The notes beneath the pieces are model-generated. The model saw only the letters and a program-made list of their open reading frames with translations, had not been told where the DNA came from and did no database searches. The position numbers and the translations under genes were made by a program. A stretch of 64,000 nt of DNA from Fimicolochytrium jonesii. Lineage: Eukaryota. This document shows, one piece after another, positions 22,720-36,237 of the stretch. The stretch's first letter is position 1. Each line of letters opens with the position of its first letter. The stretch spans positions 1 through 64,000 of the forward strand of contig NW_026515692.1 of assembly GCF_025526975.1 (NCBI RefSeq), written 5' to 3'.

Positions 22720-24395
22720 TGTCTTAGGATTCAGTTAGATAATTGAGTTGCGCTTAGATGAAGTCGAGCAACGCAAGAAGTGAAATTGAGTGGGGGTCTG
22801 GTGCTGCTATTAACTTATCAAGTATTTTGACGGAGTCGCCACAAGTCATCTTCGTACAGTACTGTGCCACAGCAGAGACAGCAGATTGTTACACAAACAC
22901 CCGGAATTCAATTTGCTACCAAGGACTCAAGGATGGCCAGAATGCGGCTGGGTATGAACTTTGAAGCAGCTGTGCTGTGTTGACTGCTTGCAACAAAAAT
23001 AACTGGAATATTCGCAATCCAGTCACTATCTTCCAAGCTGAATCGGTGCAGTACGGCGGACATTTCGATGTGATGGGACGGGCACAGTAAGCGAGAGTGA
23101 ATGCCTCTGGATGGATGTAATGGATGCGGGGGCATGCATATTGTATCGTACATATACAGGATTGGAAGAACGCCCGCCGCTTGAAGAACCTGACTGCATT
23201 GGGGCGGCCTCGCAGTGGTTTGACTGCTTTGAAAACTCTTCTCTCGGAGGTAAACCCACGTCCAATTGGCAAGTCCTTCCTTAGCTGCCGGCGAGAGCAG
23301 AAGGCGTCAGAAGGAGTGTCATTCTAAACTGGCTACACCCGGTATCGTTCTAGCATTTCCCTACATTTAGCCGATATAGCTGTTGGGTCAAAGCCAAGTC
23401 AAAGCTGCCGACATGCACTCTACCAGACCTGAGTGCCTGTACGGCATTCGGACGGCATTTCTTCGGCATTCTTCTGCGTTGTTCGCCCCCTACCTTGTAT
23501 GCAGGTAGCATCCTCATACGGCCCGCACCGCCGGCCCCGGCGTTGGCGGACTGCCCCACACGCACGACTTGGAGGCGACATTATCGTCATACTTGAGACA
23601 GAGCACGTGGAGCAAGCTGTCCAGCAAGGAGGTTGCGGGCGCCTCAACAGTCAGCTCGGAGATGATTGCTCATTTGCACAATGACTTCATCCCAGCGACC
23701 TATGTCCTTGACCGCCTGATGCGGACGAGCAGACAAATCTCGTCGGGCCCGTGTGGGCAAGTGTCGATGTTGCTGGCTGGTTTTTGTCAAAGTACGGATT
23801 GGCAACAGAGGGCCGGAATAGGAATTTCAGACGCCGGCCTCATGTGCGATGGGGGCATCGACCTCGTCCACGACCGGGCAACGTTCGAGCAATTCTGCCC
23901 ACAGCCAGCAAGCGAATATCATTCATGGCATCGTTGAAATCAATGCACTCGGATTGTGTGATATCACGCGCCCTGGAAATGTCCTCCTTGTTTGCCTTTG
24001 GAGAGCGGCAGAGCAGGGACAACTCCGACCGAAAAACATCAAAACGGGGCCTGCGCTGCGTGATCTACTCTTGAAGGGTAAAGCTTTCGCATATCTGGGC
24101 AAAGGGGCAGATCCATGGCGGGGCCTCTAAACCAGAATGCGAAGGAACGATGTGGAGCAAAAGAAAGTCACATGGTGTGTGGTATGGTTTTGCTCCATAT
24201 GTAGTCGCCTGTTAAATTCCAAAAACACTTCACACTCTGCCCTCCGTCCGCAGCCACAGCATACATATATACGAATCCCAAAACCTATAACCTCTCGCCT
24301 CAAAATCTTCCATTCTCCGGAATTTCCACATCCAATACATCCCAAGAATCAGATCCACCTCCCATTCCCCTCCCCAACCTCCAACATCCCACCAC

Positions 24396-25970
24396 CTAAA
24401 ACAACCCACTAGCATGCAAGTTCTCCTTCAGAATCAACGCCTTGACCGTTGCGAGCACAGTCGCGATATGGCCCGTATCCGTCGCCCAAGTGAAATGGAT
24501 GTAGACCTTCTTCTCGGCGGAGCGGTTGAGGTTCATGAAGCGTTGCGCGAAGAAGGTTGCTGCTGTGTCGAATGTGTTTGGGCCTTGGGGAGAGAGAAAG
24601 GTCAGGTGGCGGTTGCTATTTGAGTGGTGGTTACTGTATAGGTTCGAGGTGCAATGGCACTCCCTCAGAACATCCCACATCTATCTCTCGGCAGCCCATC
24701 CTCTACGTCCAAGACTGCTCCTCTGACGACGCAATAAGTCCGGTATGTCTTCCCAAGAGTGCATCTGAATCATCCGGAAACACCAGATGTCTTCCCAAAA
24801 TTGCACATCCATCCCCCCTTTTTTCTTCCCGTTGACATCATTCAAACTCCCCAACCTCCCCCTTTTCCCGCCGTCTCCGAACAAAAGAACACACCTTTAT
24901 AATCCGGAAAATAGTCAACAATAGGCGTCGTCTTCAACTTTTGCGTAAACACATCCACCTTGTTCAAAAACAAGATGATCGAGGTGTCCCGAAATAAGGG
25001 GTGGTTGCAGATCGAGTCGAAGAGGTTGAGTGATTCCAACACTGGCAAAAAAAGGTATCAGTAAACCCATCCACCCTCCGAAAAAACAAAAATTGAAGCA
25101 ATTCCCCACTTACTCCGATTAGTCTCATTATCCTCCTTACACCTCTGATCATACGCACTAATCGCTGCCAAGAATATAATCGCATGCACGTCATCAAAGT
25201 ACGGCGCCCATTTCTTGCGTTCCGAGCGTTGTCCGCCGAGATCGAAGAGGCGGAAGGTGAGCCCGTTGATAAGCAGGCGGTGTTCGGTGATGGAGGTGGT
25301 TGTGACGCGGGCGCGCAAGATGTCTTGGTCGGTGGGCGTGTAGGTGGGGGAGGCGAGGCGGGGGAGGTCAGAGAGGTAGCTGTTGGGGTAAACAGAATTA
25401 GTGGGATGGGACACAAGGAAAGGAGAACGGCGGGACGCCTTTTTTTTTTCTTCCGACAACTTACTACTGACAACAATCAATCAACTGCAACTCATTCGAC
25501 CTCGCATAACACCTTTGCACCCCAGCATCGTTCCAAAACACATGCACAGCCTGCACAAACTCCGGCGTCAACAAACCCACACCCTCCCCCTCCCCATTTC
25601 CCTCCGCCCTGCCCCCACCCCCCGCATACATCTCCACACCCTCCCTAATCCTCCTCGCCGCCTCCTTCCCCTTCTCACTCTGATACTTCAACTCCAACCT
25701 CCTCATCCCCTCCAACAGCGTCGCGAGAGACTCCACAACATTCCCGTGTATCGTACTCTTATACACCTTTCGATCGTCGTCGGCAAAGGGGACGCCGTGG
25801 ATGAGTTTGAACTGTTTGAGGACGGTGGATTTGCCGGACTCGCCGGCGCCGAGGAGGAGGAGCTTGACGTCGGATTCGGTGCAGCGGGCTTCGGCGGTTA
25901 GGAGCCTGTTGATGGCTTGGGTGCGTTGTGCCGAGGCTTTCTCGTCGGGCGTGCTCACGCAGGCGCCCAT
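24396..25970 (-). CDS. Heterotrimeric G-protein alpha subunit
   Basis: MGACVS (myristoyl/palmitoyl), [50 protein letters not shown]-terminus [11 protein letters not shown]. Three introns. Confidence 0.95.
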
Positions 25971-26526
25971 TGTTAAGGATGGGGCATGTAGGTGGGGGAG
26001 GGGATGGGAGGGGTGTGGCGGGGTGTGGCTAGGCCGGGGTGGGATGGATGGTAGTGTGGGGGCCTGTAGGTCTCTTGCTTTGCTAGACGCTGCTCGCGCT
26101 GAGGTATCCCTCTATTCGGTACGGATACTGTATGCTATGCTGATTTATCAACGGATGCGTTGAGCGGTTCGATCCACGCTCAGATCTATGTTTTCGCTTT
26201 TCTTCTTACGGGCGACCACAAAACGCTTTTTTTGGGCGGCCCATTCATACTCTTCGGAAATCAAGATGGAAATCGCCCAACCTACGAACAGTACGGTTCC
26301 ACCCTCTTGCCTGCGGAAGGGCCATGCGAAAGCTGCGAAGGGTCTTGCCCTTTGGCGCGGACGGACGTGCGCGCGTCAGTCACGTGAGGCCGCTTCAGAT
26401 TAATATGCACTCGCTTCTTCTACGTACAGTATCTGTCGTTCCCCCTGCAACAACCAAACCGCTGCTCGCCAACATCGACCTCGACAACGACAGCACAACC
26501 TCCTTGCCCTCGTCAACCACATAGCA

Positions 26527-27381
26527 ATGAGGCCATTAACACGAGCGTCACCCGCCATGTGCCTGCGTGCAGTCGCCGTCCACAGAATACCGGCTACCAG
26601 GTCTTTCGCTACCGTACGTGTCCTCCTTTTCAGCCCTCATTTTCCAAAACCCACCCACCGGCGTGATTCCCTTATTCCCACCGCTTGCGCTCCGCCTTGT
26701 GTGATATCCCTTCTATCCCTCCAGACGAAGGCTTCTCGCTCTCCTCCGCAGCGCATTATATTCTGTCTCTAACCAAATACCCACTCCCACAGACCACACC
26801 CCGCCATTCCCTATTCGCCTCCTACCTCAACACGGTCCGCAAGAACGTGAAAGAGATCACTCCGCAGCAACTCAACGCCAAGCTCGCCTCGGCGCCACAA
26901 CAGGACGGCAACGCCCACACCGCGTTCCACGTCTTGGATGTGAGGGAACCCCAGGAATGGAATAAAGATTGTCTGCCGTATGCTTTGTACACTGGACGAG
27001 GGTGCTTGGAGCGTGATATTGTGAGTAGGGGGGCTGAGAGGGGAAAGGGAGATGATTGGGTTTCAGTGGCGGTGCGGCGGAGGAAATGCGGAGTTTATGG
27101 CTGGTTGACCTGAAAGCTCAACTCGAATTATTAGCCCATCACTAACACTCCCATTCCCTCCCATCGGACCAATCCAGGAAGGCATCGTCCCCGACCCATA
27201 CGACAACATCGTAGTCTACTGCGCCGGCGGCGTCCGCTCGATCCTCGCTGCCGACGCGCTGCAGAAGATGGGTTACAAGAATGTTGCGAGCCTGAGCGGT
27301 GGGATTAGCCAGTGGAAGCAGGACGGATACCCCCTTGGAAAGGCCCATCAGAGCTTTTCGCCGCTTGTTGCGTATGAATGA
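26527..27381 (+). CDS. Rhodanese/sulfurtransferase domain protein with probable mitochondrial presequence
   Basis: VLDVREPQEW...GRGCLERDI-EGIVPD...VVYCAGGVRSILAADALQKMGYKNVASLSGGISQWK. Arg/Ala-rich N-terminus; two introns. Confidence 0.88.
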
Positions 27382-28123
27382 GTGATTTTTTGTGTGTCTC
27401 GAAAATGGAAAAATTTGAAATGAAATGAAAGGACAAGTCTGCATCTGGATGTGAGGAAGTGGGAGCGGGGTCAGAGCGGGATGGGATAGGAATGGGAGAG
27501 AACGAGCGTAACCGAAATGAACAGCATGGCAGAGACGAAACAAATGCTGTTTTCCTTTTGTCAACAGAGTTATTCTGGTTGTCTTCGTGCGTTGAAGATA
27601 TGTCAATAGTCGAGAAGAGATTCACAATACGAATTTGATTCAGACCGGATGTTGTGGAGATGGACGACCGACATGGAGGGCACACGGCTGCAAATGCCGT
27701 CTCCAATCGTCGTGGTCGGAGTGGGGGAAAGAAGTATGAGGAAGAAAAAAGAGAAGCAGGAAAGTACTGCTAGCACTATGGCTGCTAAGGGCAAGGAATT
27801 GGAATTGAGGACGGGGACGAAGAAGAGATCTAAGTAGATTCATTCAGGCCTCGGCATTGCCTGAAGAACATGCAGCCGATGCAATTTTTTTGGTACAGTC
27901 TGGGGAACGTGGTCTAAGTTTTTGAGTCCGGAAAGGCAACCGAACTGCCGACGGACTATGTCTGTGCCTACACCGCCTATCATCAACGACAGAAAGTGGG
28001 GATGCATGGTATACGTTCAAACAACAGACAGCCATGCTGCCGCATTTGGCTTCACGCCAGATTACACCATCACATAATCCCTACGCCCACAGCCCGTGCA
28101 ACCAAGTGTGCCTCCAACCCCCG

Positions 28124-30499
28124 TCACCTCCCCGTCCCCCGCCCATCCTCACCATCATCCTCATACCCCCTCTCAAACCCCCTAGCATCATCCCCATACG
28201 TACGGGTATCACCCCCCTCACCCCCCTCCTCATCCTCCTGCACAAGAAACGCAAGACAAAACTTATCCTTATCCAACAACGCCAGCGACGTGCCGGAGGG
28301 GTTCCATGTAAGGTGGTGTGTTTGGAAATTTGCTGTCGGATGTCAATAAATTTCCCGTCAGATATTTTCCATACAAATAAAACAACAAACAAACCCACAT
28401 ACCAGCGGGCACAACAACAGCCTCACAGGTCGCATTCCGCATCCCCACATCCACATCACACATATACACCGCCAGCGACGCCGTGCAGATCGCCAGCCGC
28501 GTCGGGTGTTGCGGGTTCCATTGGATCCGCTTAATTGGGTGGGTATGGTGCAGGATTAGGCGGTGCGAGGTTGGGGGGTGCAGGGCGTGGATGTGGAGGG
28601 TTGTTGGGTGGGTGTCTGTTTGTGGGTCGGGGGAGGTGCGGTGATGTCAGCGAACGGGGATATGGGAGACACACATTCGGAAACAGTGGGGGAATACAAT
28701 ACCGTTCCGCACGGCGACGAATTGCCCTGTGGGGTTGAACTCGAGCATCCCGATGCCTAGCTTTGGATTGGGCTTGTCGGGGTCGGGCCGTACTACGTGC
28801 TGGATCGCGAATGGTGTCGGCACAATTTCGTCTGTTTGAGAGATACAAGGACAACCCGAACATAAATCAGCGCTGTCATTGCAGTGTAAGACACGGACAT
28901 CGGCCTCCCACTCACATTGAATCTTCGGCTGCTGGCCTCCACTCTCCGTCGTCGGCGGCTGCGGCCACGGCCCACCACCAGCCCCATCCTCCGCGTCCGA
29001 GTTCCGTTCTCTAAATATCGTCTGTCATCACGTCAGCATAGGAGCCGTTGAAGAAGTGCATAGAGCAAAAATGTGGTGGGGAATACTCACGGTCTCCGGG
29101 TCAGAGATCTCCTTCGGGTACGTGTACTCCAGGATAGGTTTCCAGGTGTAGTAGTTTAGCAGGCGGACCTGGAGGACGGGTAGATCAGCACCAGCTTCTG
29201 CATCACGTTGCAAGAAAGACAAATCCTCCATTCGGGTGCACACCTTCTGATCATAACTTCCAACCGCCAGAAACTGCCCAGACGGCGACCACTGCACAGT
29301 CTTGATGCCGAGCCCAGAATCGTAGGCCGAGTAGGTGCCTGCTAGCCGTCCGTCGGGGTGGTGGATGTATACTTTGTACTAACATGGGGAAATTTTAAGT
29401 AATCGACGGAGATGGGCAGGAGGGGTATGAAGCATGTACCTCGAGCATAGACTCCCAAGCCGCAATGTACTGCCCGTCCGGTGACCACGCGATGTTTTCT
29501 GCGTCGTTCGTTGGGAGTGCGAAACGCTGTCCAACACGTCAAGTTGTTTGTAAACACGCCTCCATCACTGCATCATTTCCCATTCTCTTGCCCATCACAT
29601 ACCTTACCTTCACAGACGACCATTCATCGCACGCGTAGATCCCAACATAGTCTTTACAGTCGACGCGCTCTAGCAGAGCAAGGTACTTGCCGTCGCGACG
29701 GAAACAGAAGCCCTTGTCGGAGTATTTCGGGTATTGCATGTAGCAGGCGTCTTTTGTGGTGAGGGACCAGACTGTTGTGCGGAGCTGTGAGATTCATCGG
29801 AACGAAAGTGAGTGGGAAGCGAACGGAAGTTGATTGACGGACAGTTGATGATGGCGGTCGATCGAAACGACATCCTGCTCGCTTCGCTCGCTTTGCTCGC
29901 GACAAGAATGTTGGGCCGTGGTGGGCTATGCTCACTTCGCTCGCGAAAGATCTGACGATCGCCGAGGCTGGCTAAGAACTGCGGTGAGGCGAGTATTGCC
30001 CCTGTGGCTCGCTCCGCCCCGCTCGCCTGCCTCAATCATCCCTGTGCCTCGCTTCGCTGGTCGCAGTCGCTCGCTTCACTCGCGTAAGCGTTCGCTCTGG
30101 TCCTCGCTACGGTAGGTCTCCCAGATCGAACCAAAGCCCTCGCTCCCGCCTGCACCCTACCTGAAACTCTGAAAAGCTCAGTAAATGCCTCGAATCCGGC
30201 GTCCACACGACGTTCGTACATCCGGCAACGCCCTCACTAATCTTCGCCGTCCACTCCTCATCCAGCAAACTCCACACCTGCACGACGCCCAGTTTCAGCG
30301 ACGCGCAACACACGAGCTGCGAGTCCGGGGACCACTCTACGAGTTGGACGGAATCTGTGCAGGTGAATAAGTGGAGGATTTGAAGGGTTTCTGCGTCGCG
30401 GATGACGACTCGGAATTGGACTGCGGTGGCGAGGTAGCGGCCGTCGGGGGAGAAGCGGCAGAGGTTGGAGGTTTGTTTGTAGAGTTCGGTGAAGTCCAT
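28124..30499 (-). CDS. WRAP73: WD40 protein WRAP73/WDR8 (centriole/spindle-pole associated)
   Basis: [41 protein letters not shown]...YPKY...[28 protein letters not shown]...LLDKDKFC. Multiple introns. Confidence 0.9.
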
Positions 30500-31159
30500 T
30501 GTGAGCGGGTGTCTGAGGTTGGAGGGGGTGGTAATGGACGGCGGCCGACAAGGGCACTCTCGGAACGAGAGACCAGAAGAGATGACGAGAAGGATAGAGG
30601 TAAGATGGGTTGTGTGCACATACATACATAGAGAGCGAGAGAACACCCCGTTTTGGGAGGCCCAGGTGTTGGTCAAAGTTTGTCCAGTGGGTCGGACTTC
30701 TGAAAATGACGGCGCGTTTTTGCCGCCCGTGAATTTGCTGCAGATCGCGGATTGGATGGAAGCAATCGATGTCAGCGTTTGATTGGGCCGCGCTGGACAT
30801 GGAGCTCATTCACATTCCGTGATGGAGGTTTTCGGCCAATCGCAAGATGGATGGCGAGAGGCCTATGAGCTCCTGCGCACCGTTTGTGGGATTGCAGGTG
30901 ATTGGACTGGATCCGTGGACGTCTGGCCAACCACGGCCTTCCGCAAAGTCCACGCTCGCAACCCTGCGATTGGCCAGAGGAAAAAGCCCCAGATCCAGTA
31001 AACCGATGCACACCTGCCGCAAATGCGCTTTGGAAACCTGAGCCGAATGCCCATTCCCTGTACGGAGTGTTGAAGAACGCACGGCTTTGGCACCTGCCGG
31101 ACAACAGATCCTGGGCAAAACGCAAACACCGCAGCACTTGACCTTCAACCTGCGCCAAA

Positions 31160-32760
31160 ATGTCGACATATGAGGTACGCTCGTCTTGCATTTTCACCTA
31201 TGCCCATATGAAGTATGATTACTGACGAAAGCCATGCCTGGCATCTCGCTACAGAAAATCAAAGATATTGAGGCCGAGGTAGGTCGCTGGCCGGCTGTCA
31301 TAATCTGAAAGGGAGGTGGCTGACGGCTCGCGAAACAGATGGCTCGGACTCAAAAAAACAAAGCAACCAGTTATCACCTGGGTATCCTGAAGGCGAAGCT
31401 CGCCAAATTACGTCGAGAGCTTTTGACGCCGCAGGGGGCCGGCGGTGGCGGTGCTGGAGTGGGATTCGATGTTGCAAAGACCGGTGTTGCTCGAGTTGGA
31501 TTTGTCGGCTTTCCGTCCGTTGGAAAGTCGACGCTCATGTCGAAAATGACTGGAACGCACTCTGAAGTGTGAGTCTTGCAAGGTTTTGGAAGGGGAAGCG
31601 TGGCTGCGGAAGGAGGCTGAGACTTACCGTTGGTCGTTACCAGAGGAGCGTACGAATTCACCACGCTGACGACAGTTCCGGGCGTTATCGAGTATAAAGG
31701 AGCAAAAATTCAGATTCTCGATTTGCCAGGAATTATTGAAGGCGCGAAGGACGGAAAGGGTCGTGGTCGACAGGTACATGTCGATGTTGACGACGTATTA
31801 ACAAGCGACGGGGCAATGGGAACTGATGCCCTTGCATTGACAGGTCATCGCTGTAGCACGGACGTGCTCTCTGATCTTCATTGTCCTCGATGTGCTGAAA
31901 CCGTTGGGAGACAAGAGGCTGATTGAGAAAGAATTGGAGGGTTTCGGCATTCGTTTGAACAAGAAACCGCCAGCAATCTCTTTCAGGAAGAAGGAGAAGG
32001 GAGGAATCAACATGACGTCCACTGTGACGTTGACGAACCTTGACCAGGATCTTGTCAAAGCTATTCTATCCGAATACAAGATCCATAACGCAGATATCAT
32101 GTTCCGATGCGACGCAACACAGGACGATCTGATCGACATTTTGGAAGGGTGGGTTTTGACATGACGCAACGGCCCACGGCGTTGCTTTCAATGGAGCACT
32201 CGACTGAAGTATGATTCTCGCAATGTTAGAAACCGTATCTACATCCCCGCCATCTATGTCCTGAACAAGATCGACCAGGTTAGTGTTATTTTGGTTTCAA
32301 CTAGGTTAGCGCAGTCTAACGTGTGTTTGGTTTGGCAATTCTGCAGATTTCCATCGAAGAGCTGGATATCATCTACAAGATTCCCCACTCCATCCCGATT
32401 AGTTCCCACCATGAATGGAACTTCGATGACCTGCTAGAGAAGGTTGGGTTCGAGCATACGCGTTCATTGCATTGTCGTCCTCACTTATTACCTTTCTTAT
32501 TTCAGATGTGGACCTACTTGGATCTGGCACGAATCTACACCAAACCAAAGGGACAGCTTCCCGACTACAGCGCACCTGTCGTCATGAGGCGGGACAAGTG
32601 CACCGTCGAAGATTTCTGTAATGCCATCCACAAGTCCATCCTGAAGGACTTCAAGAACGCCCTTGTGTGGGGCACATCCGTCAAGCACAACCCGCAAAAG
32701 GTCGGGAAAGAGCATGTTCTTGGAGATGAAGATGTCGTGCAAATCATCAAGCGGACTTGA
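31160..32760 (+). CDS. RBG1: Developmentally regulated GTP-binding protein 1 (DRG1/Rbg1)
   Basis: [69 protein letters not shown] and TGS domain [16 protein letters not shown]. Multiple introns. Confidence 0.95.
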
Positions 32761-33343
32761 ACAGGAGGCAGAATGCTCGGAGGGTTATCCCCAGCGTACT
32801 TTTGGCTCGCATTATCTATCACCCACCACATCTTGTTTATGTATATACACCATTCTCAAGCTTATGCATTGTGTACCTATCGAATGCTTCCGAATGTTGA
32901 CAGAGTGTCTCCTGCATGTTTGGCGAAATGATCTGCTGCCTCAAGTGGGGACTTGCTGTGACTGTCCCGAACGATAGAAGCAGTGATTAGCGCCGTGGGG
33001 GGAAACACCGCGCGCGTCACACCCACAGTGAGAGAGGGGGAGCGATGACACACGCCCCCAGTGCAGGCAGGCAAGGATCGATTGTTATTAGTGCAACTCC
33101 TCCCTGCTCCCACAACCGGACCAGCTACGTATGTACTGTACCATACGCTACAACCACCAGAAGCAACTCGCTACACCTCCCACGGCAACGCAGAGAGCTA
33201 TTGCTTCCCCGCTTACACTGGCTTCTGTGCCAACTTCACCCATCCCGCGCTACCGGTCGGCCTGTCTTCCGGGTACATCACCAGCGTCGTTCGGTAAAGC
33301 CATTCGAACTCCCCCCCATCGGGATACCGCTGCTCCTGGTGCA

Positions 33344-35947
33344 ATGACAAACACCAACACGGCTTCCAACCAGGCGTCCAGTGGGACTGGGAGCGGGCGC
33401 CGTCCGACTTCAGTCATCTCGCCTGTCCTGTAAGTGCTGCGTGGCGTTTTCCCACGTTTTCCTTCAAAGGGACTTTCTGCTGATCATGTATTTCCCACAG
33501 AAACTTCCTCGGACAATCAGCAATGAGGCTAGCAGGCGGGTCCCCAGTCTCCGAACCCGAAGAAATACCTCCAACAACATCAACAACGCGAGGGGTAGGC
33601 TCGTCAAAACCATCAGGACCCATCCGCGTCAAAACGAACCGCAACAAACCCCCAGACTACCTCTCCGGACTCTTCCAATCCGGCCAGCAAACGACCACAA
33701 GCGGCGCGAGCGAAAAGCGAATGCCGTTGTACACCAACCTCCCCGCATCCGCGTTCCTGGTGTGGAATAACAACTCGGCAGCAGCTGCAGCGGGGAATAG
33801 CGCGTCGAAGCATATGGACCATGACACGGACGGGGATGTGAAGGCGGGAGAGAGCAATACCTCTCCAAAACAGAAGAAGAAGCTGAATCTGCCGACGCAG
33901 TGGAATGCGAAGGATAAGAATCAGTCGCTGGACTTGGCGCCGAATGGGTTGAGGATAACGTATACAGGTGCTTACATGGGAGACGCATAAGCGTATGGAG
34001 TGATTGCTCATGCGGTTCTAACGCGGCGTTCGCAATGTTATTCAGGACCAGGGCAGATGGACGCGCATGCGGCAGCTGTGCGGACGAATTACCCTATACC
34101 GCCTCAATGTGGTCTGGTGAGCACTTCGGTGGGGAGGGACTCCCGTGTGATACGTGGGCCCACTAATGAGTATTTCCTTGTAGTTCTATTACGAGGTTAC
34201 CATCATAAGCAAAGGCAGGGAAGGGTGAGTAGATGGGCCGTATGGAGCCCGTGGCGAGCGACCGGTGCGAAGGGAGGGTCAAGCGTAGGGGCAGGTTTAC
34301 TGACCGATCGATCACCCAACGCTGCAGGTTCATCGGGATCGGACTGTGTGCACATAATGTGCAACTAAACCGACTACCAGGTACGACTTGCCAGACCTGG
34401 CCGCATCGCATCTGCGGTACTCAAATTCTATCACTACAACAGGCTGGGAAGACCATTCATGGGGCTACCACGGCGACGACGGCCACTCCTTCTGCTGCTC
34501 CGGCACGGGCAAACCCTACGGCCCCTGCTTCACCACCGGCGACGTGATCGGCTGCATCGTCAACTTCATGACCAAATCCATCTCCTTCACCAAAAACGGC
34601 GCGTTACTGGGCACCGCGTTCCCGAATGCGCTGGATAACCCGAAACTGGAGGGGAATCTGTACCCCTCGATTGGACTGAGGACACCGGGGGAGGTGGTGG
34701 AGGCGAATTTTGGACAGAATAAGTTTGAGTTTGATATCGGGTTGTATTTTCAGGTATGAGTCCGTTTCGAACCCCTACGTTTATTACGCACATGACCCAC
34801 CTCCCTACGTCCCCGACACAGGAAGAAAAGGCCCGAATATGGCACCAAGTCAACTCCGCGCCCCTTCCCCCTCTCCTCCCACCTATGTACTCCCCAACCA
34901 CACCACCCACCCAACAACCCAGCATAAACCACCTCATCCTCTCCTACCTAATCCACCACGGCTTCTGCGAAACAGCCTCGGCTTTCTCATCTAGTTCCAT
35001 CTCCGGGGATGTGTCTCCTGTACCGGATGACGAGCCGTTTGATGAGGTTGATATGCGGCAGCGGCAACGTACGTTCTATGGTTTCGTCAAGTTGTGCAGT
35101 GTCGGCGGAGTAGGAGGCAGGGCCTACCATGGTATCATTGCCTAACTCGAACTTCCCCGTTAGGCATCAGAGACGCAATCCTAACGGGCTCAATCCCCCT
35201 CGCCACACAACTTATGGACCAATACTACCCCGGCATCTTATCGCAGAACCGCCGCCTCGCGTTCATGTTGCAGAGTCAGAAGTTTGTCGAGTTGATGCGG
35301 GGGGTTGGTGTCGAGTCAAATCCATCCGAGGCGGTGATTGCGGGAGAGGAGGGGGAGGATGCGATGGATGTTGATGGTGCGGGAGGGGAAGGGGAAGGGC
35401 ACGAAGGCGGGGCCGGGGACACGGAGGAGGAACGATTACGCGCGGTCGTGGCGCACGGGCAGGACCTGAATGTGACGTTTGGGACTGTCGAGAATGAGTT
35501 TGTGCAACGCGCTTTGGTGGTACGTACGTCCCCCCCCTTCCCTTTCGTTACCCCCGTTCTCTTCTCGTGTGCGCTGCGCCATACCCCACTCACGACAGGG
35601 ATATGTGGGCATTGTAGGAAACGTATTCGCTGTTGGCATACCCTGACCCCTGGACCTCGCCCGTCTCGTACCTCCTCGACCCCGTGAACCGCGCCCTGGT
35701 CGCCGACGCTGTCAATTCCGCTATCCTCGGTGCGTCTTCCATCCAACCCCCCCCTCAAATCAAACACCCCACCCCTACTCACATTTGTGAACTTCTTCTA
35801 TTTCTTCATTATGTAGTGGCATCATCCCGCCCCGGCATACCAGCAATTGAGAGCATATACCGTCAAGCGGCGGTTGTGGGCTGGGAGCTGTTGAAGAGCG
35901 GGGGTGGGGCGGCGGCATTTGTTAGGGCTGAGGAGTGTTTGGTATGA
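33344..35947 (+). CDS. RanBPM/RANBP9-10-like GID/CTLH complex subunit (SPRY-LisH-CTLH-CRA)
   Basis: [39 protein letters not shown]...[68 protein letters not shown]. Confidence 0.9.
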
Positions 35948-36237
35948 GATCAAGAAGGGGGGTTTTCTGTGTGTATGTGATTGAGGGGGGGGATTTTGTG
36001 TGTATGTGTTTAGGAATGAGATTTCATGTTTTTTTCTCGATCTTTTATCTCGATCTGGTGTGATGTTTTTTTTTCTCTATTTCGTTTTGCATGAATTTCT
36101 TTGTTCGCAATGTATATATACACCAATGGAGAACCGAGAGAGAGAGAGAGGGAAAACACAGAGAGAGCGGAGGCGCCGAGTGATGACGAAACCGTCCGTC
36201 CGCCTTCCCACTTTCCCACTCTGCCCACCCCACCTCC

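Noticed and set aside
22758..24130. Cluster of short + strand ORFs
   Set aside because: Many stops and no recognisable motif or consistent splice model; cannot be called.
30500..31159. CCAAT-rich divergent promoter between WRAP73 and RBG1
   Set aside because: Plausible but ordinary; individual sites cannot be supported from sequence alone.
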